Shown here: one piece after another, positions 17,775 through 27,105 of the stretch
Layout of the letters: each line of letters begins with the position of its first letter
How positions within the stretch are numbered: position 1 is the stretch's first letter
Assembly (NCBI GenBank): GCA_035373905.1
Contig: DAOSOK010000002.1
Location: 131,038 to 195,037 of the forward strand
Source: Candidatus Ozemobacteraceae bacterium
GTDB taxonomy: Bacteria > Muiribacteriota > Ozemobacteria > Ozemobacterales > Ozemobacteraceae
Reading direction: 5' to 3'
Length of the DNA: 64,000 nt
The notes under the pieces: model-generated
What the model saw: the letters and a program-made list of their open reading frames with translations, nothing else
Databases searched by the model: none
Told to the model about the DNA's origin: nothing
Program-made: the position numbers and the translations under genes

Positions 17775-20084
17775 TCAGAAATTCGTAAACTCGTCTGGCG
17801 CGGCGCGAAGATCTTTCCAGGTGAGAATCACGAACGCCGCCATGTCGCCGCTGCCGTCACCGATGTCAAGCGAGGGAAGCGTCGGATCATACAGCTTTCT
17901 GCGGGTGGGCGGCCGATAGGACGGGCCGGTGATCTTGGGAAGCGTCTTGTTCGTCGCATACCGGACCTCGGACCCATACACCCGATGGACCATCTGCTCC
18001 ATGGTGCAGTAGGGGCGGCCCACGCCCGCGCTCTGGCAGGACGGCGACCGTCCGATCTCGTCATATCGCTTGCTATAATCCGGGCCCATGTAGAAAATGT
18101 TGGAACGGACGCCGCAACTCTGGAAAATCCCGTTCGTCGTCATCTCGGGGAAATACAGGTAGTCGTTGTCCTTGTCGGTCTTCCCCTCGACCTTTTCCAG
18201 GAGTTTGTTGAAGAGCTTGTATACGCCGTTATTTTCGGAAAGGACGTTCTCTTCGTATCCCTTCCTGTGGGCGGGCCAGATTTCTTCGTTGCAGAACTTC
18301 TCGAAATCGGCCTCGCTGATGCCGTCGGTGGAGTTGAACTTCGTCGCGAAACGTTCTGCGATCGCCTCCTGGGCCGACTTGTCGGTCCCGTCCGCGAGAG
18401 GGAACTTTTCAAAATACGATGCGATTCTATTTTTCGTGGCTTCTGCGTCGCTCAGATCGGCCGTGATTTTGCCGTCTCCGGCATGAGTGAGCATGCTCGT
18501 CTCGGCGTCAGCCTCGGCCATGAATTCCTTCGCGAGGGCAAACTTCATGATGGGATATATTTCGTTCTCGAAACAGTCGGCCGGGCTTCGATAATCGTAA
18601 ACCACGCGCTCGTTGGCGATCACGTTCGCCGCGAAATGGTGCTTGTAATTGTTCGGGTCGTCCGGGTTCGATCCCGCCTTCAGATCGTCTGTCAGCAGCT
18701 TTCTGGAGTTCTCCTTGTAGTCGTCGCTGAGAAGTGCGTTCTGGTCGTAGTCCTGGGGAAAACTGTACTTTTCCGCTTTTTTCGACTTGTTGTTCCGCTG
18801 GTTGAAATCGCCGGCGACGAAGATGCTCTTCTTCGAGACGATCTTCACGTCTCGAGGAGGGTTCCCCTTGATGACGAGGTTCGTGTCGGAGTAGATCACG
18901 CCGTTGAAGTTCGGCGGCAACGTCACGTTTCCCTTGCGAAGCCCCGTTCCGAAATCGAGGATTCTGGCATCGACCGAGCCTCCATTGGAAGGCGCCCAGC
19001 CGGCGGGAACCTTGTATGCCTGGGCTGGATTCGCGCCGTCGTTTTCAGGAATATAACCGCCGTTCTGGGCCTGCTTCTTGAGGTCGCCGAACCGAGGTTC
19101 GCCTGGCGAAAGGCTGATCTGAGACGTTTTATCCAGGATGCGTCCCTTGAGTTTCTCTGTCAGATTGTCGGGAATCGTCGGCGTTTTTCCGCGAATTTCC
19201 GCCGGCACCTCTCCGTATTTTTCCCCTTCGGGTGATGAATAGGTGCCGTGCTGCGGGAACGGAATGTTGCTTGGCGGCATCGTGATCGTCTCTTCGGGCA
19301 TGCCGGGCCTCGCCCGGAACGTGACCTTCGTTGGCTGCCAGAAGAAAATCCCGCCCGCCCCGCTGATGATGCTGTGAATATCGAACAGCTCCTGCTTCGT
19401 GCCGGGCGTGCAGGGGGTATGGCCATCCATCAGGATCTGTCCGATTTCGACGCCGTGGTGACCGTACAGATTGCCGGTCGAGAACTTGTTCACGTTGTTC
19501 TGGCCGGGTTCGCCATACACGATCGAGAGAAACTCCATGTCGAACATCAGAAACTCGCGGCCCGGAAACCGTCGCTGCGCCACGCAGGAGATGCTGCGCA
19601 TCGTATCTCCGACCCGGCCCATCGAGTCGATCTTGAAAAAGCACTTGCTCTCGTCGATGTTCTTCGTCCGCTCGTCGTCCTCATACTCGATCAGACCGAC
19701 GCGAAACCGAAACTGCCCGTCCCCGAGCGTCCCCTGATATGATCCTTTTCCCGAGGTGTTCAGCTGGGAGAAGGAAACCCCGCTGTCGTTCGCGATGGAC
19801 GATTGCCAGGTGGGGAGATTGGTTTCGTCCCAGAGGACCTGCTTCTGGGCCGCATCGATCTTCACCTTGTGGGTTCTGAACGAACTGTTCAGGCTCAGTT
19901 CCGTCATGGCGAAGGAAATGCCAGCTTCGGCCAGGGCCAGTGCCTTGAGGTTCCTGTTTTCCATGATCGTGTTCTGAACGCGATACGAGGTGAACGATCT
20001 GAGCGAGGCGATGACGATCAGAAGAACGAAACCGAGCCCAAGGGCGATGACGATCGCCGAGCCTTTACGACCACGGGAATTCAT
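17775..20084 (-). CDS. large GspK-like minor pseudopilin (prepilin-type N-terminus lacking Glu+5)
   Basis: MNSRGRKG|SAIVIALGLGFVLLIVIASL. 769 aa. ATGA overlap with the upstream pseudopilin gene. Confidence 0.5.
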   Translation of the reverse strand: MNSRGRKGSAIVIALGLGFVLLIVIASLRSFTSYRVQNTIMENRNLKALALAEAGISFAMTELSLNSSFRTHKVKIDAAQKQVLWDETNLPTWQSSIANDSGVSFSQLNTSGKGSYQGTLGDGQFRFRVGLIEYEDDERTKNIDESKCFFKIDSMGRVGDTMRSISCVAQRRFPGREFLMFDMEFLSIVYGEPGQNNVNKFSTGNLYGHHGVEIGQILMDGHTPCTPGTKQELFDIHSIISGAGGIFFWQPTKVTFRARPGMPEETITMPPSNIPFPQHGTYSSPEGEKYGEVPAEIRGKTPTIPDNLTEKLKGRILDKTSQISLSPGEPRFGDLKKQAQNGGYIPENDGANPAQAYKVPAGWAPSNGGSVDARILDFGTGLRKGNVTLPPNFNGVIYSDTNLVIKGNPPRDVKIVSKKSIFVAGDFNQRNNKSKKAEKYSFPQDYDQNALLSDDYKENSRKLLTDDLKAGSNPDDPNNYKHHFAANVIANERVVYDYRSPADCFENEIYPIMKFALAKEFMAEADAETSMLTHAGDGKITADLSDAEATKNRIASYFEKFPLADGTDKSAQEAIAERFATKFNSTDGISEADFEKFCNEEIWPAHRKGYEENVLSENNGVYKLFNKLLEKVEGKTDKDNDYLYFPEMTTNGIFQSCGVRSNIFYMGPDYSKRYDEIGRSPSCQSAGVGRPYCTMEQMVHRVYGSEVRYATNKTLPKITGPSYRPPTRRKLYDPTLPSLDIGDGSGDMAAFVILTWKDLRAAPDEFTNF

Positions 20085-20725
20085 TGCGGTTCGGCCCCCC
20101 TTTGCCTGATCGATGTCAGAAGCGTCGAGTCGTATTTGCCTTCCTTCCCGCGGCCCGTCAGCCGCGCACGAATACAGACGCTGTCATGGTGCGGCAGGTT
20201 CGGCTCATTGAGCCTGAAGAATACCATTTCGTCGATGTTTTCCATCATGACCTTGCGCGCCCGCTGGGCCGGGACTTCCTGGCGCCGGTCGTCGAACGGC
20301 AACGTTTCCCGCCAGAGAATATACGGGCCGGTCGCCTGATCGGGGTCCACCTTCTCGAGTTTGTAGGTGACGCGCAACTGCGTGTAGTTATACTGGTTGT
20401 CTCCGAGACTTTTCGGCTGAATGGAAAAATCGTACGTCACTTTATGGAACGAGATATAGTTTGCCGCGTCTCCGGTGTTCAGCGTTTTCGACTGCTCCAG
20501 AGTTGCCTTGGGGGGCGTGCCTTCGAGGATGAAGTTCGACTCGCGAATGTCGTCGGTGATCTTGTCGAAGAGCCGCTGAAGCTCGTCGTTCGTCTGGTGC
20601 GCCTGCATGACCGCCTGCGCCTGTCTGCGGGATGAGGAAAACGTGTGATAGAGGGCCGTCAGGAGCAGGGCGAGAACGATGACCGCCATCATGACCTCGA
20701 TGAGCGTCACACCTTCACGTCGCAT
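20081..20725 (-). CDS. GspJ-like minor pseudopilin
   Basis: MRREG|VTLIEVMMAVIVLALLL has the prepilin methylation motif with Glu+5. Confidence 0.6.
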   Translation of the reverse strand: MRREGVTLIEVMMAVIVLALLLTALYHTFSSSRRQAQAVMQAHQTNDELQRLFDKITDDIRESNFILEGTPPKATLEQSKTLNTGDAANYISFHKVTYDFSIQPKSLGDNQYNYTQLRVTYKLEKVDPDQATGPYILWRETLPFDDRRQEVPAQRARKVMMENIDEMVFFRLNEPNLPHHDSVCIRARLTGRGKEGKYDSTLLTSIRQRGAEPQ

Positions 20726-20745
20726 GATCTGCCCGTCCTTTCGGA

Positions 20746-21228
20746 TTACTGGCGCTTGTTGATGGCCGTATGGATGTCGAGCGTGTGCGTATTTTTATCC
20801 TGACCGGTATATTTGACGGTGAAAGAGAGAAAGACCATGTTCGGCCTGATATCCGGATCGTTCTTGTCGGCGGCATACTTGACTTGATCCTTGTCCGTTT
20901 TGACGACTTCGTATTTGATCCCGTTGATGGTTTCCGTGCGGAAGTCTTCGTTGTTTTTCAGCATGTATTCGAAGGTGGTCTTCTGCGTGGCGGGATCGTG
21001 ATCATACTGGTCGGCATCGAGCAGATCGAATTTGCAGGCATGGGCCGACTCGAGAATTTTCTGGGCGAAGAACGACGCCTGCGTATGGTCGCGCGTGGCG
21101 TTGACGGTTTTGGTTTCGGAAATGATGACGTTGAGCGAAGGTATCAGAACCAGCGCCAGGATGATGACGCCGATCATGACCTCGACCATCGACATGCCGA
21201 GACGGTCGGAATGAACGGGAGCGGTCAT
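20746..21228 (-). CDS. GspH/I-like minor pseudopilin
   Basis: MTAPVHSDRLG|MSMVEVMIGVIILALVL has Glu+5. Confidence 0.6.
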   Translation of the reverse strand: MTAPVHSDRLGMSMVEVMIGVIILALVLIPSLNVIISETKTVNATRDHTQASFFAQKILESAHACKFDLLDADQYDHDPATQKTTFEYMLKNNEDFRTETINGIKYEVVKTDKDQVKYAADKNDPDIRPNMVFLSFTVKYTGQDKNTHTLDIHTAINKRQ

Positions 21229-22469
21229 GGCGTCTCCGCCTCCGGGTAGATGAGAAACTGTTTTCGTCTTTTCATGAAATCGGAAACCGACGACCTGATT
21301 CGACTTCGAATCTCGTCCATCCCTTTTCCCTGGATGATCGCCGTGCGGATGTCGGAACCCCCCAGCAGAATATCGACGCCCTCTGCGGCTGTCTGGTTCG
21401 ACAGGGGAATCTTGTCGGGATACAGCGTCCAGAGAGTGTGGAGAATCGCGATGCCGGTCATCACGGGGTCGTATGCCTGATGGTCCGTTACGACGATCTC
21501 GATGCCGGGCACCCGTTTCTGCTGGAACAGCCCGTAATACGGCCGTACCGCCGCCGGGAGGAAGGCGACGCCCGGCAGGTTCAGCACCGTGAGTTTCGAG
21601 ACGAGCACGTCGGGATCGATCCAGGGCGCCAGAACGTAGTGGAACGGCCGCGTCGTGCCGACGCCGGTCGAGAAGATGCCCATTTCGCCGAGGAAGCCCG
21701 TCGTCGCGTAATAGACCGGGGATTCGGGATCCGGGAGATGCTCCGACGGCATCGCCCAGTGAAGGCCGCAGTTCCGGTAGGTGACGTTCCGACGGTAGTT
21801 CTCCATGCCGACGACCGTGAGATCGGCGTTCAAACCGAATACTTTGTTGAAGAACAGAGCAAGTTCGCCGAACGTCATGCCGTAGACCAGCGGGATCGGA
21901 TACACGCCGAACCTGCTTCTGAACTGGACGTCGAGCAACGGACCCGAAACCTTCGACGCGCCGATCGGATTCGGCCGGTCGAGAACGAAGACGGGAATTC
22001 CCGCCGTCTTGCCGAGTTCGAGAAACTGGGCGAGAAGCGTCACGGCATGGAAAAAACGGATGCCGATATCTTGTATATCAATAACTATGATTTCCGCCCC
22101 GTTCAGCTGCTCCGCCCTCGGTTTTTCGAGGGGGTCGCGGATGATGTGGACGGGGGCCTGCGTGAGGGCGTCGATCTGTTTCGATCCTGAGGCTGACTCG
22201 ATCAGCTTGCGCGGCCACGGATCGCCGGAAAAGATCGCCGTGATCGTGGTTGCCCGGGCGAGCCGGTCGACCGTGTGGCGCATGCTCTGATCGTAGGAGG
22301 CGAGACCGACGAGGAGGGCGATTTTTTTCCCGGCAACGAGGTCGGGATGTCCGGTTGCAAGGACTTCCAGGCCGATCGACAAACGTTCGGATGCCGAAAC
22401 CGTCGAGCCGACGGTGAACGCGAACATTGCCAAAAAAATGATTCGAAGAAGGAGTCTTGTCTGTTTCAT
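21225..22469 (-). CDS. DUF1343 (NamZ-like exo-beta-N-acetylmuramidase family) protein, secreted
   Basis: Signal peptide MKQTRLLLRIIFLAMFAFTVGSTVSA. IIVIDIQDIGIRFFHAVT matches the DUF1343 DIQDVGARFYT signature. The stop overlaps the pseudopilin start (ATGA). Confidence 0.65.
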   Translation of the reverse strand: MKQTRLLLRIIFLAMFAFTVGSTVSASERLSIGLEVLATGHPDLVAGKKIALLVGLASYDQSMRHTVDRLARATTITAIFSGDPWPRKLIESASGSKQIDALTQAPVHIIRDPLEKPRAEQLNGAEIIVIDIQDIGIRFFHAVTLLAQFLELGKTAGIPVFVLDRPNPIGASKVSGPLLDVQFRSRFGVYPIPLVYGMTFGELALFFNKVFGLNADLTVVGMENYRRNVTYRNCGLHWAMPSEHLPDPESPVYYATTGFLGEMGIFSTGVGTTRPFHYVLAPWIDPDVLVSKLTVLNLPGVAFLPAAVRPYYGLFQQKRVPGIEIVVTDHQAYDPVMTGIAILHTLWTLYPDKIPLSNQTAAEGVDILLGGSDIRTAIIQGKGMDEIRSRIRSSVSDFMKRRKQFLIYPEAETP

Positions 22470-22554
22470 GATCGAGTCCTCAGAGGGATTATACACCGAT
22501 GCGTGAAGAAAATGGTGGTAGAATTGGGGAGAGAATTTTTACAGGAGGATCGAA

Positions 22555-23397
22555 ATGAGAGAACCTGCGGTGAGCGGTCGCTTTTATCCCGACGAGCCGA
22601 CCGAGCTGTATCAGATGATCAGACAGTGTTACGAGCACAGGCTCGGCGTTCGTGACCGCCATCACGCCCAGGCCGGGAGGCTGGCAGGCATGATCGTGCC
22701 GCATGCCGGGTATGTGTTCAGCGGCCCGGTCGCGAGTTGGTCGTTCCTGCGGCTCGGCGATGAGAAGCCTGCCCCGAAGCGGCTCCTGATGCTCGGACCG
22801 AAGCACACGCCATACGGCGCCACGGCGGCTCTGAGCGCCGAAGACGCCTGGATGACACCGCTTGGAAGCATCGAAACCGACGAAATGCTGCGAGCCGCTC
22901 TCGAGCAAACGGGCGTTTTCACGAGGGACGACTCGGCCCACGCCTTCGAACACTCGATCGAGGTCCAGATCCCCTTTGTCCAGCAGATGATGCACGTGTC
23001 ACTGCCGAAAATCGTTCCGCTTGCTCTCGGCTTCGCCGATTATCCGCAATGTGAACGGTGGGGAAAGGCGATCGCCGATGTGCTCGCGAAACCCGAGTTC
23101 GCCGACACGGTTTGCGTCGTCAGTTCCGATTTCTCTCACGAAACCCCCCGAGACGAAGCCTACCGGATCGATGGCGAGGCGCTCGACGTCATCCTGTCGC
23201 TTGACGCGAAGGCCTTTCACGAACTTGTCGTGGGGGAAGACCGAAGCATCTGCGGCGTCATTCCCATCACTGCGTTCCTCGCCTCGCTGACGGGGAAAAG
23301 CGTTCGCGCGACGAAGCTGGCCTACGCCACCTCCATGGATGTCATGGCTCACCCCCGGGGCGTCGGATACGCTTCCGTCATATTCGAACACATATAA
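22555..23397 (+). CDS. Memo-like protein (AmmeMemoRadiSam system protein B family)
   Basis: SGRFYP, VPHAGYVFSGPVAS and EHSIEVQIPFVQ motifs. Confidence 0.8.
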   Translation: MREPAVSGRFYPDEPTELYQMIRQCYEHRLGVRDRHHAQAGRLAGMIVPHAGYVFSGPVASWSFLRLGDEKPAPKRLLMLGPKHTPYGATAALSAEDAWMTPLGSIETDEMLRAALEQTGVFTRDDSAHAFEHSIEVQIPFVQQMMHVSLPKIVPLALGFADYPQCERWGKAIADVLAKPEFADTVCVVSSDFSHETPRDEAYRIDGEALDVILSLDAKAFHELVVGEDRSICGVIPITAFLASLTGKSVRATKLAYATSMDVMAHPRGVGYASVIFEHI

Positions 23398-23409
23398 CCA
23401 AGGAGACCC

Positions 23410-23646
23410 GTGACCCCGTTCGAGATCGGCATCCTGGTCGGGATGGCGTGGGCCGCCGTGCTGACGGTCTGGGCTCTCGCCGAGATCACCAGCGGCGAGC
23501 CCAGCCCGTGGTTGCTGGTCGTCGCGATCGTCTACGAGGGCTTCGACCTGACGCCGCGCGGCATCCTGCATGGCGCCGCGTGGGCGTTCGCCGACGGGTT
23601 CATCAGCGGCTATGTGATCGGATGGCTCGCCTCGCTGATCTGGTGA
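23410..23646 (+). CDS. small (78 aa) two-TM membrane protein
   Basis: Two hydrophobic helices, 12 nt downstream of the Memo-like gene. Confidence 0.4.
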   Translation: MTPFEIGILVGMAWAAVLTVWALAEITSGEPSPWLLVVAIVYEGFDLTPRGILHGAAWAFADGFISGYVIGWLASLIW

Positions 23647-23649
23647 ACG

Positions 23650-24957
23650 TCAGAAGTCGAAACTGCCGTACACGCCCAGCATGCGTTCGCGGGTGAAATC
23701 ACGGAGAGTGTTGCCGAACTCGGCATGAAGCCGGCCGGTGTCGAACCGGTAACTGGCGTGCAGGGTCATTCCCAATCCGCTTTCGCGGCGAGTTTCCGGT
23801 GACGTGTCGCGCCAGGAATTCGAGATGAGGCGGGTGTCGAACCCCCACCACCAGTTCGAGCCGACGGCCCGCTCCCAGCCCGCAACCAGTTCGGCGCCGC
23901 GAAAATCTCGGGGCGCCCAGTAGGGATACGCCGCACCGTCCGCGGCGAGCTGATTCTCGAAACTCGCCTGGGAAAGCTTGAGCTGGAGCGACAGGAATGG
24001 GATACCGCGGCGCTTGATGTAGTGCAGAATCTCGGTGTCGAACCTGCGCCTGGCGTTGCCGTCCGAGATGTCGCCCGTGGTGAACGACTGCTGGATGCGC
24101 GTCTGCTCGTGCAGGTCTCCGAAGACCGTCAGCGTCGCGTAGTCCTCGGAAAGCAGCCTGCGCGCCGTCTCGAGATTTTCCTTGTACGAGCCGTGGCCCG
24201 CGAAGGCGGCGAGATTGAGCTGCCCGTTCCCCGTCACGCCCTGGAACGAATACCCGTTGACCGTGTCTACATCGGAAAACCGCTCGGGGGCGAACGTCGC
24301 GGCGACGCGGGTGCGATGATCGAGGCTGTATTCGAAGGTTCCCGACAGGATGCGGCTGTCGGTCGTCTCGTCGAGGTTGCGGTCTTCGTAGGCCCAGGTT
24401 TCGAGCCTGTACCGGGCCGACAGTTTTGGATACGTGAAAGAGGGAAAATACGCCTCGAGGCTCGAGACGAACTCGGTCTGACCGGCATTGTCCTCGTGAA
24501 GCCTGACGCCGATCTCCGCGACCGAGTTGAGGCGGGAACGGACCCGTTCCAGGTTCTCACGGAGCTTGTCGCTGAGGGGATACAGGAGCGTCAGCCGGTC
24601 GTAGATCGCTTTCGTGTCGCTGAATCGACCCTGGCGCAGGAAGACGGCCGCGAGACCTTCGTTCGCCCGCATGTTGTCGGGCTGGATCTCGAGCGCCTGC
24701 TCGAAGAAGCGCTGGGCCTCTTCCAGCCGGCCCTGCTCGAGCCGGAGGTTTCCGATCTCGACCAGGGCGTCGAATTTGTGCGGGCGCTGCGTCAGACGTT
24801 CGAGCTGGATGTCGCGCTCGATGCTCTGAATGCGCCGGAGTTCCGTGCTCAGCGAGTCTCCTGTCTGTTCGTCCGGAACCATCAGATCGAACGGCTGGGC
24901 GAGGGCGGGGTTCGGAGATGCGAGACATAGCGCGACAGCCAGGAATAGAAAGAACAT
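23650..24957 (-). CDS. outer-membrane protein: N-terminal TPR + C-terminal beta-barrel
   Basis: Signal peptide MFFLFLAVALCLASPNPALAQP, TPR units, C-terminal ...YGSFDF aromatic terminus. Confidence 0.6.
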   Translation of the reverse strand: MFFLFLAVALCLASPNPALAQPFDLMVPDEQTGDSLSTELRRIQSIERDIQLERLTQRPHKFDALVEIGNLRLEQGRLEEAQRFFEQALEIQPDNMRANEGLAAVFLRQGRFSDTKAIYDRLTLLYPLSDKLRENLERVRSRLNSVAEIGVRLHEDNAGQTEFVSSLEAYFPSFTYPKLSARYRLETWAYEDRNLDETTDSRILSGTFEYSLDHRTRVAATFAPERFSDVDTVNGYSFQGVTGNGQLNLAAFAGHGSYKENLETARRLLSEDYATLTVFGDLHEQTRIQQSFTTGDISDGNARRRFDTEILHYIKRRGIPFLSLQLKLSQASFENQLAADGAAYPYWAPRDFRGAELVAGWERAVGSNWWWGFDTRLISNSWRDTSPETRRESGLGMTLHASYRFDTGRLHAEFGNTLRDFTRERMLGVYGSFDF

Positions 24958-25112
24958 CCTGGAGAAAAGCCGGAATTCCTGTGCAAACCTGAGCTGGCGA
25001 CACATCAACACCCTGTATCGGCAGGAGGCGGGGAGTTCGTTATTTCCTTCGGATGGCGTGCAAAAGAAAACCGCTCCCCGAAGGGGGAGCGGTCGGTCAG
25101 GCGCGGTTCGGA

Positions 25113-26120
25113 TCAGTTGCCGGCCGGGGCTGCGGGGGCCTTTTCTTCGGCGGCCGGAGCCGGGGCTGCCTTCATGCGCTCTTCGATCTTCTTCTTGACT
25201 TCGTCGAGCTTCGCCTTGGGCACGTTGAGGGTGATCTTGGCGGCGGTGTCGACGGCCTCGACCTTGATCAGGTTGAGGATCTCGGCGGCTTCGGGGGTCT
25301 GGCCGGCGAGCATCTTGATCATGGCGAGGAAGCCGTTGAGAGCGGTCATGACCTGGTCCATGTTTTCCTTCTTGTCGACTTCGCCGGTGAAGTTGAAGGT
25401 GAGGTCGGCATCGTAGTTGAAGGAGAAGAACAGGGAGTTGACGGCGGCGAGGGGGGCGGCCTGCGGGTTGGCTTTGGCCTGGTCCTTCAGGGTCTGCGGG
25501 ATGATACCCACGCCCCAGAGGGTGGCGCCGGTGTCGACCTTCTTGAGGAGACCGCCGAGAGCGGCGTTGGCGGAGAGGTTCTTGGCCTTGGCGTTCTTCA
25601 CGTCCACGACGGTCTTGATGGCCGGGAGAGTTCCGAGGACGGCGGTGCTGTTGTCGAGGAACACGCCCATGCCGTCGGCGTCCTTCTTGCCCTTCACGGC
25701 ATCGAAGCCTTCAAACTTCTCGATCGTGACGTCTTCGGCGGCTTTCTTGTCGCTCTTGATGGATTCGAGAATCTTGGCGACTTCGAAGGTGCCGTCGATG
25801 AGGACGCCGGCGTCCTGCTTCTCGGACTTGGCATCGGTTTTGGCGGCGGCGAACACGACGACGCTCTTCAGGTGCTTGAAGGGGTCGATGCCGGTCTTGG
25901 TGATGAACTCGTCGTAGGCTTTCTTCTGATCGGGCGATTGCTTGGCCATGCCCTCGTCGATCTGCTTCTTGATCGCTTCGGTCGAGAACATCTTGCTCAG
26001 GTTCAGGTTCAGCAGGAACGCGGTGTTCTCAGGAACGAGCTGCATCAGGTCGCCGGCCATGGCGCTCATCGCAGTGGCGGCCAGCAGAAGTACGGTTACC
26101 AGAAAACGTTTGGTCAACAT
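25113..26120 (-). CDS. hypothetical periplasmic Lys/Ala-rich protein
   Basis: Start MLTKRFLV has a GAGGAG RBS and signal peptide ...TAMSAMAG. The antisense ORF 25053..26144 is G/E/V low-complexity and was rejected. Confidence 0.55.
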   Translation of the reverse strand: MLTKRFLVTVLLLAATAMSAMAGDLMQLVPENTAFLLNLNLSKMFSTEAIKKQIDEGMAKQSPDQKKAYDEFITKTGIDPFKHLKSVVVFAAAKTDAKSEKQDAGVLIDGTFEVAKILESIKSDKKAAEDVTIEKFEGFDAVKGKKDADGMGVFLDNSTAVLGTLPAIKTVVDVKNAKAKNLSANAALGGLLKKVDTGATLWGVGIIPQTLKDQAKANPQAAPLAAVNSLFFSFNYDADLTFNFTGEVDKKENMDQVMTALNGFLAMIKMLAGQTPEAAEILNLIKVEAVDTAAKITLNVPKAKLDEVKKKIEERMKAAPAPAAEEKAPAAPAGN

Positions 26121-26450
26121 CGGTCGATCCCTTTCTCCTCTTGATTTCGTCATTCGGGCGCTTCCCTCGTCGGGTGCGGCCGGATTCCGGAATGATAGAC
26201 GCGAGCCCGGGGAAAGTCAAGCATGCTCGGTCGTATCGCGTGACGGATGCATCCTCATCGTCGAACGGATGACATCGTCGGCGGATTGTCGGGGGGGGGA
26301 ATTCTGGGGACGTGATACATATCTTTCCGATCATAACGTGGCCAAATACGACGTTACATCTGACTTCTGAAAAAACGCTGTGAAACGTCTCTGGGGATCC
26401 GGCCTTTCTTGTTATTGCCCCCCGGTGAAAGTAAGAATAATGCCCGTTTA

Positions 26451-26516
26451 TCCTGACCTTTGTCGAAGGGCGAGAGTCGCATGCATTTCGACAGGCTCAG
26501 CACGAACAGGAACGCG
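26451..26516. repeat. REP/MITE-like palindromic element, diverged copy
   Basis: cctgacctttGTCGAAGGGCGAGagtcgcatgCATTTCGACAgGCTCAgCACGAAC. Right arm intact, left arm degenerate. Confidence 0.6.
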
Positions 26517-26624
26517 AAATCGGTATCACGTCCCCAGAATACCGGAGGGGGCTGTCTTGCGCCTTGGGCGGCATCATGCTACCATGCACCGGCTTCGCGC
26601 CACCTTACCAATAAGGACAGACGG

Positions 26625-27056
26625 ATGGCAAACATGTCAGAAAAACAAGAACTGGCCGCACAGCTGCGGATGCTCATCGGTGAAATGCGCAATGCCGGCT
26701 TCGCAGAGCTGGAAATCGAATCGGCGGACCTGAACGTGCGCATGGTTCTTGGTTCTGCCCCGGCTTCTGCCCCCGCACCGTCTCCCGATTCGGAGCTGCC
26801 CGGAAAGTCCGCAGAGGATGCCGCGCCGAAACCGGTTTCCGTGACTGCCGAGCGGGTCGGCGTGTTCTCCTTCGGAAAACAGCGAATCGAAGCCGGATCG
26901 AAGGTCTCCAAAGGGCAGGCTCTGGGGATCATCAAGGGAATCAGCATCCAGGACCAGGTGGTTGCCCCCGTTTCCGGCACCGTGGATGCCGTTTTCGTTC
27001 GGGAAGGCGAGATCATTGACTTCGGCCGCGCCCTGTTTTCAATCCTTCCTGATTGA
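26625..27056 (+). CDS. accB: biotin-carboxyl-carrier-protein (AccB)-like protein with a degenerate biotinylation motif
   Basis: Start MANMSEKQ (aagga RBS). N-terminus ...FAELEIESADLNVRMVL and C-terminus SGTVDAVFVREGEIIDFGRALFSI align to E. coli BCCP, but the EAMKM segment is KGISI here (Ser at the biotinyl-Lys position). Confidence 0.65.
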   Translation: MANMSEKQELAAQLRMLIGEMRNAGFAELEIESADLNVRMVLGSAPASAPAPSPDSELPGKSAEDAAPKPVSVTAERVGVFSFGKQRIEAGSKVSKGQALGIIKGISIQDQVVAPVSGTVDAVFVREGEIIDFGRALFSILPD

Positions 27057-27105
27057 CGCCCGGCCGATGCCGATGTGGCGTGACAGCCTTACGTGAGGTG
27101 TAACC

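Noticed and set aside
25053-26144. 363 aa plus-strand ORF, G/E/D/V-rich.
   Set aside because: It is a low-complexity mirror image of the Lys/Ala-rich minus-strand gene 25113..26120, which has a signal peptide and a GAGGAG RBS.
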